Assembly (NCBI GenBank): GCA_002269645.1
Contig: NIVC01001385.1
Span: 186,001 to 250,000, forward strand
Length of the DNA: 64,000 bases
Direction: 5' to 3'
Origin: Macrostomum lignano
Lineage: Eukaryota
In this document: piece by piece, positions 20,643-30,918 of the stretch
How the letters are laid out: every line of letters starts with the position of its first letter
Numbering within the stretch: the first letter of the stretch is position 1
The notes under the pieces: generated by a model
What the model saw: only the letters and a program-made list of their open reading frames with translations
Told to the model about the DNA's origin: nothing
Database searches by the model: none
Program-made: the position numbers and the translations under genes

Positions 20643-21734
20643 TCAATATGTGGAGGTGGTAGCCGTCTTCTGATCCACCGGCTTCCAGAATTTTACCGTC
20701 TCCAAGAGAAGCCGACGGAACTTGGCATTTTTCCACACCAGCAGGATCCAGTTGGTGGACTGGCCAATGATGATGGTCGAGATGCCGATATCGTGAATTC
20801 CCCACAACACGATGGAGGTTTCATTCTCGATTTCGCCTAAAAGCAGCGTTAGAACGTACTCACTGGTTCGGGCAAAGAAGGTCAGCGAGGCAGACAAAAG
20901 CAGACAGGCCGACAGAGCGAGGCAGATCACTGTGTTTACTAGCCCGTCATCAGATTCCTTAGCAGAGCCCAGCCTCTTTCTATTGGCGGTGATCTCCCGT
21001 ACCTTGTGAATCAGGAAGCAGTTCTCAATGAAAATAATCGCCAATAAAAGGGCCGGTGGGTAGTAAAGCAAAGCCGAATAGTAGTATAGAATGGTTTGTT
21101 GCCATGGTAACATTTCGTGGAAGCTGAAGTAGCAGACTACGTAGATATCAAAAATCAACCAATGAAAAATGAAGGCGATGGGAAGGGTGACAACCATACA
21201 GGCCAGGATCACTAATAACCCGGCCTTCATCGCAGCCTTTCCGCTGATGCTATGAAATTTGAACGGAAAGTACAGGCTTAGAGTCCTGTCGGTAACCATT
21301 AGCAGAAACATTGCAGTCGATGTTAGGTGGCACAGGTGCTCAAAATATTTGGCAAATCTACACTGCACGTCTCCGTCGTTAAGATGTACATAACCGACGG
21401 ATCCGTTGGTTAACCAGGGCAGACCCTTGGCCAAGAACATCCACATGAAGCCGTTCACGATGATGTTGCAGCTGTCGGTGACCGCAATTATGCTGATGTA
21501 CACATTCTGTCGAGTCCACGACTGTTTGACCAGGTTGATGTACACTATGAGAGCGTTGAACACGAGACCGGAGACAATGAAAACAGGCAGAATCAGGCCC
21601 GTGATGGCACCCAGGACGGTGTTGACAGTGCAACTCGCTGTTCTGTTCGGGTCCCCACTTTGACAATCCGACACTATATAGTCGACAGAGTCCACAAAAA
21701 TATAGTTGACAGCGCTTGGCGTCGCGTTACTCAT
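20643..21734 (-). CDS. Intronless rhodopsin-like (class A) orphan GPCR, copy 1, ~363 aa
   Basis: Seven hydrophobic segments, TM3 Cys (VQCRF), TDRTLSLYFP (DRY-like motif), ECL2 Cys (VCY), N-glycosylation sites in the N-terminus. ATG at 21734; the ORF track starts at an upstream TTG. Confidence 0.9.
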   Translation of the reverse strand: MSNATPSAVNYIFVDSVDYIVSDCQSGDPNRTASCTVNTVLGAITGLILPVFIVSGLVFNALIVYINLVKQSWTRQNVYISIIAVTDSCNIIVNGFMWMFLAKGLPWLTNGSVGYVHLNDGDVQCRFAKYFEHLCHLTSTAMFLLMVTDRTLSLYFPFKFHSISGKAAMKAGLLVILACMVVTLPIAFIFHWLIFDIYVVCYFSFHEMLPWQQTILYYYSALLYYPPALLLAIIFIENCFLIHKVREITANRKRLGSAKESDDGLVNTVICLALSACLLLSASLTFFARTSEYVLTLLLGEIENETSIVLWGIHDIGISTIIIGQSTNWILLVWKNAKFRRLLLETVKFWKPVDQKTATTSTY

Positions 21735-22560
21735 GACTGCTTCGAACAAGGATTAACAGAGCTTGTGACACTTTCGCTCATCGGAAAATAAGATAGCAAT
21801 AGTCTTCAACTTGAAGCTCTAGTTGGTAGTCTGCTTATCCAGCACTCGGCCCTGCAATTGAGAACGTCAGTTTTATGGGTTTAAATAGCGCTTTTTTCAT
21901 CGCCCCAAGCAGTAGCCCCGCCCAATTTTCGCGTGTCAATGATGGTGCGTGCAACACTGGGCGATTTCCATTTGCCGGCTTTTTGTTTTTATACATGTTT
22001 AGTTCAGCCGTTTTAACACGACAAAAGCTGTGGTTCGATGCTTTTAGCGGAAATTAACGAAATTGGATGGCTCTCAAAGCATTTTACCGAATTCAGCTTC
22101 TGAGATAACTGAAGGGACAAAAGATGACTTAAATCGACGCCACCATACACCATTTTGACCGCGCCCTGCATTAACATTTCGATTGAGACATCAAGCTTTG
22201 AAATAGAGCTGTGCAGTCACGTGAAAGCGCTCTCCATCAAACAACCAACTTCAGAACTCAATTTCTGCTATCTCCAGGGCTGTGTGCTGTAGGAAGAAGG
22301 AGTTTGTTGTTTCAATGCATCATTGGGTCAATCGATGTCCCAGCTAAGCGTCTTGTAACGTACAGTCCGGTGGGTCGATGCCAACCGGAGAGGCGGCTCA
22401 ACGGCCTGGTGCTACCCACACTGTACTCGTACATGCAGTAAGCACGAGAAGCTCTGAAGACATGCCAGATGACGTCAAGGCTGCAATTTTCTGCTATGGC
22501 GCTTCCGGTGAGGCGATGGAACTACTGCGATGTGACCAGTCGTTCAACTACATAATATGG
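21735..22560 (-). promoter_or_regulatory. Conserved upstream region of GPCR copy 1, with TATA-like TATTTAAA and GC box GGGCGGGG
   Basis: About 700 bp nearly identical to 54500-55237 (inverted) and homologous to 36643-37450. TATTTAAA at 21880-21887 and GGGCGGGG at ~21916-21923 on the minus strand are shared by the three intact copies. Confidence 0.6.
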
Positions 22561-23589
22561 TACTTGACGGCTCAAAAACTTTTCACATAATTTGACACAT
22601 TTTTTATTCTAATCCATTTCTCAAAGTGCCATTTAGAGGTAGAAAGTGAAGCCCATTTCCTCTTTAAGTGTATTTGGAGCTTGTTTAGTTCTCCCAGATA
22701 AATTCGAACAGGAAATTTCGGATAATGTTTGGAATTTTGAAAACCTTTCTGCAGAGGATAGAATATTTTCGCTAATGACCCAAGAAGCAAGCGAAATAAT
22801 GGAAATTTTAGCGAACTTCATAAAACGATAAAAGACATGTCACAAGCCAGAATACAACTGCCCTGAGGTTTCATGTTGGTACCGTAAAATCTCGAATACC
22901 CTGTTTGCGTTCGAGATTTAGCTCGTATTATAACTGACAGGCCAGATGTGCGAATGGGTTTTAAAGATTAACTAATTTTTGACTGCCATAAGTTTGCTAC
23001 AGGTGAATCGATTGACTTTAAACTTGACACGATTCTTCATCGACTTATTCTATGTCTAAATATACAAAACAGTCTCAACTCTGTAACTCAATCAGGACAG
23101 AAACTGTAAGCATGCGAACTTTGTCTGGTTCGCTGTGCCCCAGTGGAGAAGCCACAGGTAGCTAGCTCGAATAGGACAGTTTGGCGAGAAATTCTAACCA
23201 TTGTCCTACAAGTGTAGTTCAACAGCGAATGAGGAAGATGACAAGGCAATCAATAAACAATAATACTGCCATTGCTTTGTAAAAGCGATACAATCCTGAA
23301 TTAGTCTTTAACTCATAGAATCACTTTAGCTTCACTTAAACGCATATTAAAATTGAAATGCCTTAGAAGAAAAGCATATCATTGTAGATCGTTTGGCTGC
23401 TGCAGCTTGACGATTCAGTTCTGTAAGGCTGAAGCAGGAACATCACATAGCACGGAAGAAGCAGATAACACAGGTAGCTCTGCACAGGCCAGGTCGAGTG
23501 CAATTGCGGCAGAAGGAGAGCAAACCCAGATAAGAAGCCTTTGACCACAGACAAGATCATTGACACCAGCAGCCATAGCCAATTAATTA

Positions 23590-23887
23590 ATAATTATTGA
23601 TTACACCTGCCCTAATGAGCAGATGTACAAACGACAGCTCAGCAGCAGCTATTGTGCGGCGCATCTGAAGGCTGCGTACGGCTGTTCAGTCCAAGGACTG
23701 AGGGGGGGGGCCCACACCCTCAATTACACCAGCTAATGCTGGTACCCATTTTACAGCTCGGTGAACTGAAGCACTTAAGCAGAGTTAAGTGCTTTGCTCA
23801 AAGATACAATTGTTCTGAGTAGGTCGAGAATCGAACCCCCGACCTTTCAGTCGTGAGTGCGACGCTCTAATCACTAGACTAAACCCC
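23590..23887 (-). mobile_element. tRNA-derived SINE (same family as 6269-6480)
   Basis: Minus strand reads GGGGTTTAGTCTAGTGATTAGAGCG...GGTTCGATTCTC...GCTGTAAAATGGGTACCAGCATTAGCTGG, ending in an AT-rich tail. Confidence 0.85.
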
Positions 23888-24260
23888 AATCTCCAGTTGG
23901 GGATACACAAACTGAGGGTCTCAGTTTATGGGTTTGAAACGTCTTATCAACTTTCTATCAATCTCTTGCGAATTCCCGATGAAAACTGTACCTGGGACAA
24001 GAAGCGGCCCGGAGTCACTTGCATCACCCCAGAGTCGTTCTAGACGCGTTGCAGACGACACAGGTTAAATAGGAAAGAAGTGATTCTAAACGCCTCTAAA
24101 ACGACGAGATGTCGCGGTACAAGTCGCCAAAAAGTCGTCAAAGAGTCGCCCCAGAATCTTGACTTGACTTACTTGACTTAGCTGCAGGGCTGTCCCGGAG
24201 GGGACACAGCGGGAAGGCGCGGGCGCCCATTCCGCTAGTCCCTGAACGGCCGACGCGTCG

Positions 24261-27200
24261 CTATGGACGGAGGGTTGGCGCCGCCCAGGGAGGTCCCCCA
24301 GTGTCGCCAGCAGCTATGGTGCTCTCTGGAAAGGAGAGTTCAGCCCTGCGGGTGGCCCGAAGGTAGCGCATGAGCTGATTAAAGTTTTCGGGTTTGCACG
24401 CTTCAGTAATAGATGTGTGTGGCCCGAGGTAAGTGAGTCTGGCCCGCGTGAAGGCGGGACAGATGCTGACGAAATGCTCAGCGGTTTCGTCACCTGAGTT
24501 GCAGAAACTACAGGTGGCGTTGGTGGCGTTGCCCTGCAGGTACTGGTGCCTGGAGAAGCAGCCGTGACCAGAGAGGGTCATGGTGGCAGCCCGGATGTCT
24601 CTGCGCGAGAGGCGCAAGAGGAGCTTCCGGAGCTGGTGAGAGGGCTGAGGGACAGCGCCTCTGGATTGCCTGCAGTTCGTGCGGTTCGCCCAAGTCGAGC
24701 GGTGCTGAGTCCTGATCCACGCTTTGATGCGCGAGTCGATGACACAGCCAGGAATCGGGACAAGAGGTTCGGGGCCGAGAGAGGAGCCGGAGGCACCAAC
24801 TTTTGCAAGGGTGTCAGCCAACTCATTTCCTCGGATCCCCACATGCCCCGGAACCCACTTAAGGGTAATTTTGTTGGCGGAACCCAACACATTGAGGAGT
24901 TTGATACAGTCAAGGACTGTAGCAGAGTTGGTGCTGCAGCCACTGATGGCGTGCAAGGCAGCTTGGCTGTCCGAATGGAAAATGATGTTCTTACCAGTAA
25001 CGCCAGTGGCGAGAAGCTCTGCAGTGCAGGAGCTGATGGCCAGAACTTCATTTTGGAAAACACTGGAGTTGACCCCAGTGTATTGAGCGTGGGTAGCGAT
25101 GACCCTCCCGTTCAGAAAGATTCCAACACCAAAGCCGGTGTTGGCTGACTGCTTAGAACCGTCGGTGTAGCAATGAAGCTCACCAGGGTTCCAATGGTCA
25201 TTGATGTTATCGCGCGAGTCGATAGCTACGGAGTAGCGCTGTCTCAGGTTGAGCGTTGAGGCAATGCCATCGGTGAAGACGCGATTGGCCTGACACTCGT
25301 TGAGAAAGTTGAGGCACAGATCGCTATGCGGGACAAGGTTCCGCTTAGCAGGTGCTCTCATGTAAATGAATTTGACGCCGGCATCAATTAGACGCCGCGT
25401 CGTTCTAGCCGCCTCACCCCTGATGAAGAGGTCAAGAGGCGGAAGATTAAGAAAGGCCCCCATGCCAGCAAAGGGCGTGGACCTGGTGGCGTTGCAGATG
25501 AGCCTACACGCTCTGCCTTGGATCGTGTTGAGCAGGTCTGCATGGCTTTTGACCTGGGTAGCGCTAACCCAGACAACAGAGGCGTACGTAATGGCAGGTC
25601 TAACTACGGAAGTATAGATCCACCAAAGCCGCTTTGGGGATAGACCCCAAGAAGTGCCAAGTGCTCGTCGGAGCTGGGCCAGGATGGCTGAGGCACGCTT
25701 AGCTTTTGCTTTCACGTGGAAGGACCAGTTGAGCCGGTGGTCAAGTGTGACCCCGAGACATCTGGTCTGGTGCGCGAAGGCAATATCTCTGCCGTAGAGC
25801 TGCAGAGGACGTATGTTCCAGCGTAGTCTGCTGGTAAACATAATGGCAACGGTTTTGGGCTCAGAGAGTTCCAAACCATTGTCATTGGCCCAGGATTCTG
25901 CTTTGCGGATAAAGCTCTGCATCAGATCCCTGAGCGTGCTGGGAGACGGTCCTGCCACAATGGCCGTGACGTCATCAGCATACCCGACTTTGAAGACGGG
26001 GTCAGGTCGGGAGTCACTCAGAAGAGCGTCCATGACCAGGTTCCAGAGCGTCGGGGTGAGGACTCCGCCTTGGGGTCCACCCTTACAGACTCTGGTGGAG
26101 GCAGTTTGCCCAAGAAGTTGGGCAGTGACCGTACGGTTGGAGATCATGTACATGATCCACCGTATGAGGGTAGCATGAGCTTTGCGATTTTGAAGGGCCC
26201 TCTGAAACGCTTCAAAGATAACGTTGTCGAAGGCGCCAACAATGTCAAGAAAGAGAGCCAGGGCGTAACCGTCACCCAGTACCGCCCGTTCAATCTTTTC
26301 GACAATCGCATGCAGGGCGCTGTCAGTCGACCTCCCGGTACGGAAGGCGTGCTGATTATTGCTGAGGGGCATCGCTGTCAGCTCGCAGGAGAGCAGCCGC
26401 CAGAGAATAAGCCTCTCAGTGAGCTTAAGCATTGCTGACGTTAAGCTAATTGGCCGGAAGGCCTTGACGCTTTGGTAGTCACCCTTCCCAGGTTTGGGAA
26501 TAAAGACTACTCGAGCTTCAGTCCAGCTTTTGGGAACGTATCCCAGCTGGATAGAGGCCCGCATAAGATTGCGGGTGAGTCTCAGGAACGAGGGTATCTT
26601 GGCTGCTTCACGAAGGAGAACAGGGTAGATACCATCAGGTCCAGGAGATTTGAAGGGTTTGAAGGTTCTGACCGCACGAGCGATTAGGTCTTCAGTGACA
26701 ATGCCCGCCGCTAGGGTGGCTCCATCCATCGAATGGTTGGGCTCCGGTCTAGCAGTAGGTACCCTCGGGAAGAATGTGCTAAGCATATGCTGAAGCACTT
26801 CTTCAGGGTCTTTAGTAAGAGAGCCATCATCTTTTTTGATCATGGCTAATTTGGACATTTTGTCCATTGTAAGGGCCTTGACAAGCCTAGAAGTAGGTCT
26901 GTCTTGATCCAATTCATTGCAGAATTGGCGCCACTTACATTCCTTGGCCTTGCGCACTTCAGATTTGAAATTGCGGGAGGCTTGCCGGAAAAGCTCCATG
27001 TCCTCCGGGTTTCCGGTCTTCATGGCACGGCGATGAAGGCTTTTGGCCTTCCGCCTGAGTTTCCCCAGCTCCGGGTTCCACCACGGCGCCGAGGTCTTGC
27101 CTCTGTAGGCGCGAGCAGGACAAGCCGCTTCGTAGGCTGCAATAATGCAACCTGTCAGCGTCTCAGCCATATGATCCACATCCTCGCAGGTCTCAATCGG

Positions 27201-28000
27201 ACGTAAGTCCGTGAGTTCCTGCAGGTGCAGATCAAGGGCAGCCTTGTAGGCCGCCCAATCAGTGTTGCGGATATTGCGTCTCCAAGTGATCGGAGACTGG
27301 GTTTTAGTGTCCGCGATATTAAAGGCAATAAAGCAGTGGTCAGACAGGGAGGGCTCCTCAGACCAGACTCTCCACTCCTTGACTCTGTCAAAGAGTCTTG
27401 GGGTAACGAGTGTGGCGTCGAGGACCTCGGTCCATCTGCCATTATTAAAGGTAGGGTGCTGCCGCGGTTGCAGAGCATGAGGTTTGTGTTAGAGATGAGG
27501 GCCAGAAGCTCCTCTCCTCTAGTGTTGGTATCTTTGCTGCCCCAGTGCTTGTGGTGCGCGTTGAGGTCGCCCCCTAAGCACAGCTCAGCGTTCTGGGACT
27601 CGCAGTACTGCGCAAGGCGCAGTAAACTCTCGGGAGCAGGGTCTCTGTCGCCTGGGATATAAACCGAGGCAACAAGACACGTACGCGGAGAGAAATGATT
27701 AGATTGGATGACGCAAAGGTCTCCATCAGAGAGATCAGTCCTCAGCCAAGCCTGGAGATGGCTAGCAGCGAGGATAGCCGCTCTAGGGCGGCTGTTCCCC
27801 GGGCCACACACATAAAAATCAGAGTAGCCAGAGGGAATGTTGGGCAACTTACCGTTGCGCATCCAGGGTTCCTGGATCAGGATGAGGCCTGGCCTGTACA
27901 GCTCAGCAATCTTCATCAGATTTACTGACGCAGATACGCAATGCTGTAAATTTATTTGCAGACAGAATGTCGCTCCTTTGGCAGCGTGGAGCTTAGTCAT
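24261..28000 (-). CDS. LINE ORF2 (AP endonuclease - reverse transcriptase - RNase H - Zn knuckle), one frameshift at ~27454-27456
   Basis: APE motifs LQINLQH, LIQEPW, GGDLNAHH. RT motifs SPGPDG, RPISL, QGGVLTP, YADD. RNase H motifs YTDGS, SDSQAAL, WVPGH...NELAD. CSFC...EHF...CP. Adding one C in a CCC run restores STPTFNNGRW and fuses ORFs 27155..28000 and 24261..27179. Confidence 0.92.
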
Positions 28001-28039
28001 ACTGTATTAAATGCAATATCTGGCTAGAGCCCAGGGTCA

Positions 28040-29545
28040 TCAAGGAGACTTGGACAACAGATCGTCCTCGTCCCAGGCCGCTGGGGCTTGACTGGGAGAT
28101 GGGAGTTGGTCGACGTCCATGGCCTCCTCACCCCCACCGGCCCCCCCAGCAGACTCCTCAGGCTCCGATGACAGGATGGAGGAAGCTTCCTCACCTGCAT
28201 CTTTACCTTCAGACCCCACCAAGGTGGCCGAGGAGAGCTCGGATTCCGAAGACCCGGCCTCGTCCTCAACTCCTTCTCCGACTGGCAGGTTTGGTTCCCG
28301 GGGCTCGGCCGGAGCCGTTACCGCGGTCGCCGAACTGCTGCTAGCAGAGGGGCGAGATGCAGCTTTGGCTTTGGGATCGGCTTGCGCCTTTCCTTGGGCC
28401 TTAGACTGCGCCCCGCTCTTGCCGGAGATGCCGGGGTTGGCAGTAGCCTTCCCTTTGGCAGACTTTCCTCGGCGCAACTTGAGCTTGAGGGCACCCAGCT
28501 GGAAAGAGGATCCATTAGGGTACCGACTCGCCCAAGTGCTGGAAAGGCCGAGGACAATTGAGTTGCCCGTCTCCCCCCTGCGGACTTTACGGTGATACAC
28601 CAGTCCACTAGCAGGGAGGTCGGGGTTCAGACGCAGTAGGACCCGGCGAATAACGTCTGGTCCAGCTGCGGTGCTCTTAGCAGGGACGAAAACCACATAG
28701 GGTATCGTCTTTGGACGCTGGCCCTCGCGAAGAAAAAGAGCTCCGCCAAGGTCAGCATCCAAGGAGACCGTCGGTAGCCGCTGGAGCAGCCGCCGAGCGT
28801 CCTCCTCGCTGCTAGGAGCAATAAGAACGAATGTGCTTCGCAGCACCATCCGCTCAACGCCGATGGAGATTCCCTCCTCGACAGTCAGCTCAATCAGATA
28901 GGAGTCAACAGCACTCCACACTTTTTGAAGCTGATCAGTGGTCCAGTCCTGGTCGCGACCTTGGATGATCACTCCCGGGATTTTGGCCTTGGCCTTCGCC
29001 GCAAAGGTAGCTCCCGAAGGAACCTCCTTGTTGGCAGTGGCCATTTGTTGCGCCGTGGTTTCGGCCTCAGCAGCCGCGGCAGCAGCTCCAGGGAGCGCCG
29101 CCGCTGAACTACTGGAGCTTCCACCGGCCGGCCCGCCTGGTTGCCTTGGGACTCCAGTCGCTTCAGCATCCATGGTGGACGCCGCCGCTTTGGCCCCCGC
29201 AGCTCCCTTCTTGGCCTGCCTTTTGGCGCGTTGTTTAGCGCGTTTGCGCTCAAGCCGAGCCCGCTGAGCTTCATCGGATCTGCCAGATTTGGCCGGTCCT
29301 TTAGGCTCAGAGCTCGCGGTTCCCTTAGATCCACCAGCGGAGCTGGCAGGTCTTAGGGTATTTTGAGTTTGGTAGCTCTGGTCGGATCTGCCAGCAGAGC
29401 CAGCCGGTCCTTCCTTTGCCACAGTTGAATCAGTCGGTTGGGATCTGCCAGCAGGGCCGGCCGGTCCTTCGGACTGAGGTTGGGGTTTAGAAGGGTCCCC
29501 ATCCCTAGAAATAGCTTGTTTATCCATAGTCGGCTCGAAGGCCAT
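28040..29545 (-). CDS. LINE ORF1 (501 aa)
   Basis: Long ORF between the 5' UTR and ORF2. Low-complexity N-terminus. Core YVVFVP...LLRLNPDLP...IVLGLS...FQLGALKL resembles the DUF4780-type ORF1 of LOA/R1-like elements (recognition from memory). Confidence 0.85.
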   Translation of the reverse strand: MAFEPTMDKQAISRDGDPSKPQPQSEGPAGPAGRSQPTDSTVAKEGPAGSAGRSDQSYQTQNTLRPASSAGGSKGTASSEPKGPAKSGRSDEAQRARLERKRAKQRAKRQAKKGAAGAKAAASTMDAEATGVPRQPGGPAGGSSSSSAAALPGAAAAAAEAETTAQQMATANKEVPSGATFAAKAKAKIPGVIIQGRDQDWTTDQLQKVWSAVDSYLIELTVEEGISIGVERMVLRSTFVLIAPSSEEDARRLLQRLPTVSLDADLGGALFLREGQRPKTIPYVVFVPAKSTAAGPDVIRRVLLRLNPDLPASGLVYHRKVRRGETGNSIVLGLSSTWASRYPNGSSFQLGALKLKLRRGKSAKGKATANPGISGKSGAQSKAQGKAQADPKAKAASRPSASSSSATAVTAPAEPREPNLPVGEGVEDEAGSSESELSSATLVGSEGKDAGEEASSILSSEPEESAGGAGGGEEAMDVDQLPSPSQAPAAWDEDDLLSKSP

Positions 29546-29822
29546 GATAAAGGTTGGTGGGCTACCCTCAAAGGGGCGCGGTACCCACCCGGCCGCTCCA
29601 CCTGACCGGGCAGTAGGCCAATAGCACCCTCAAGGCTGGCCCGACACCATGAGGGGGACCGCTTGCGACCGGACTACTCCCCGGCCTTCCAGCCCATCGG
29701 CACGGTCAACACCTTAGGCATTAGAGAGTACGTTGAGCAGTACCACGGCCTGCAGGTTGGCGAGCCAGACCCGCATACCCAAATTCGGCCGAAGCCACTG
29801 GATAGGGTCGCCAGCGCCGGAG

Positions 29823-30065
29823 CCCAGTCTGTCCAGCAGCCCTAGGGACTGCCTTGAACACACGCGGGGACGAGTACCCTGGGTCGACTTGCGAGACAGC
29901 GTGGGGGGGGGGGGTCTGCGGCTGCCAGAGGCAAATAGAGGGTGCAGACCTCCCACCAGCCTTGACCTGCTGAAGATAGGGGCAGGCGTGAAGCATCGCA
30001 GACCTTAGCCCATGGGCCTAGTCTGTCTCATACTTCACTGGCATGCTGAATACGCCTTCGCGTGC
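29823..30065 (-). ncRNA. Putative HDV-like self-cleaving ribozyme at the LINE 5' end
   Basis: P1 GCACGCG/CGCGUGU with a G1-U wobble; P3 GGG/CCC; L3 UACUCGU; P1.1 AC/GU; P4 GCAGUCCC-UA-GGGCUGC; J4/2 C-AGA; P2 CCCA(G)/(C)UGGG. G1 is the first base after the TSD. Confidence 0.75.
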
Positions 30066-30918
30066 CCAGAATCACTTTGAAGCGTTTTATTTTCTGCGAC
30101 TCTGAAACGATTCTGGGGCGACTCTAGCGACTCTGGGGCGACGGTATAACGATTCTGGAGCCGTAGAGCCGCATTAGAGTCACTGAGTTGTGTTTGAAGC
30201 GCATTTGCGTCGCTCGATGAATCAGAGTCACATTTACGGCGTTTCAGCGGCGTTCTGGAATCGCTGAAAAGTCGTCACAGAAGAAGCGCTTTAGCGTCAC
30301 TGCAGAATCGTTAGTGCAACACTTCTGAGGCGCTCTGGACACGTCACAGAGTCGTTACTACCAGCCTTAAACAGCCTGCTGGATCGTTACTTCTGGGCAA
30401 ATAGAAAATGCATGCTTATCAACTCAGAAGTGATGCACTAACGATTTTAAAATGACGCTAAAACGCTTCTTCTGCGACTTTTTTGACGACTTGTATGTGT
30501 CCATTACTCTGCCGCGTTCAGTGGCTTGCCTATTTATGCCGCCGCGCGGTCTTTGCGCTCTCGCCACTCTTTGCGCTCAATTTTTTGAAACGAAAAAAAA
30601 ATTGCTCGCAACTTGTGGAGAGTTCGTTTGCCGCTCCCCCCTTTAATGCTTCGTTGCGCTGTTGCCGCCTCGCTGCGCTTTGTTCGCCTCTTGGCCTGTG
30701 CATCCTCATGGTTCAGAGTCGTTAGAATCACTTCTTTCCTATTTAAACTGTCATCCGAACGCGTCTGAATCGACTCTGGGGCGACGCAAGTGACTCCGGG
30801 ACGCTTCTTGGCCTGGGTGCCGTTTTCATCGGGCAATAAACACTCAGTTTGAGCCTATTGAACTCAAATTGCACTAACTAGTCTACTCGGTTAGCGGAAA
30901 GTTAAGCGCCAGCACAAC

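Larger units (their letters stand above)
24159..30065 (-). mobile_element. Full-length non-LTR retrotransposon, LOA-like (I group), 5.9 kb
   Basis: 8-bp TSD CCAGAATC at 24151-24158 and 30066-30073. 3' tail TAAGTCAAGTAAGTCAAGTCAAG. ORF1 plus ORF2 with APE, RT, RNase H and a C-terminal CCHC-type motif. 5' UTR carries a ribozyme fold. Confidence 0.95.
23975..30833. mobile_element. Foldback/MITE-like element with ~125-bp imperfect TIRs, split by the LOA-like LINE
   Basis: CCCGATGAAAAC...GGAGTCACTTGC...AAATAGGAAAGAAGTGATTCTAA (23975-24095) is inverted at 30722-30833. Interior is rich in GAGTC/GACTC motifs. No TSD identified; related sequence continues to ~32980. Confidence 0.55.

Noticed and set aside
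22211-22441. Duplicated 76-aa ORF (also 54525..54755) as a small gene
   Set aside because: Starts at GTG, lies in the duplicated GPCR upstream flank and is not preserved in the copy-2 flank; conservation is explained by recent duplication.
24508-30008. Antisense and alternate-frame ORFs over the LINE, Gypsy and GPCR sequences
   Set aside because: Shadow ORFs of GC-rich coding DNA; they recur in each paralogue only because the sense strand is conserved.
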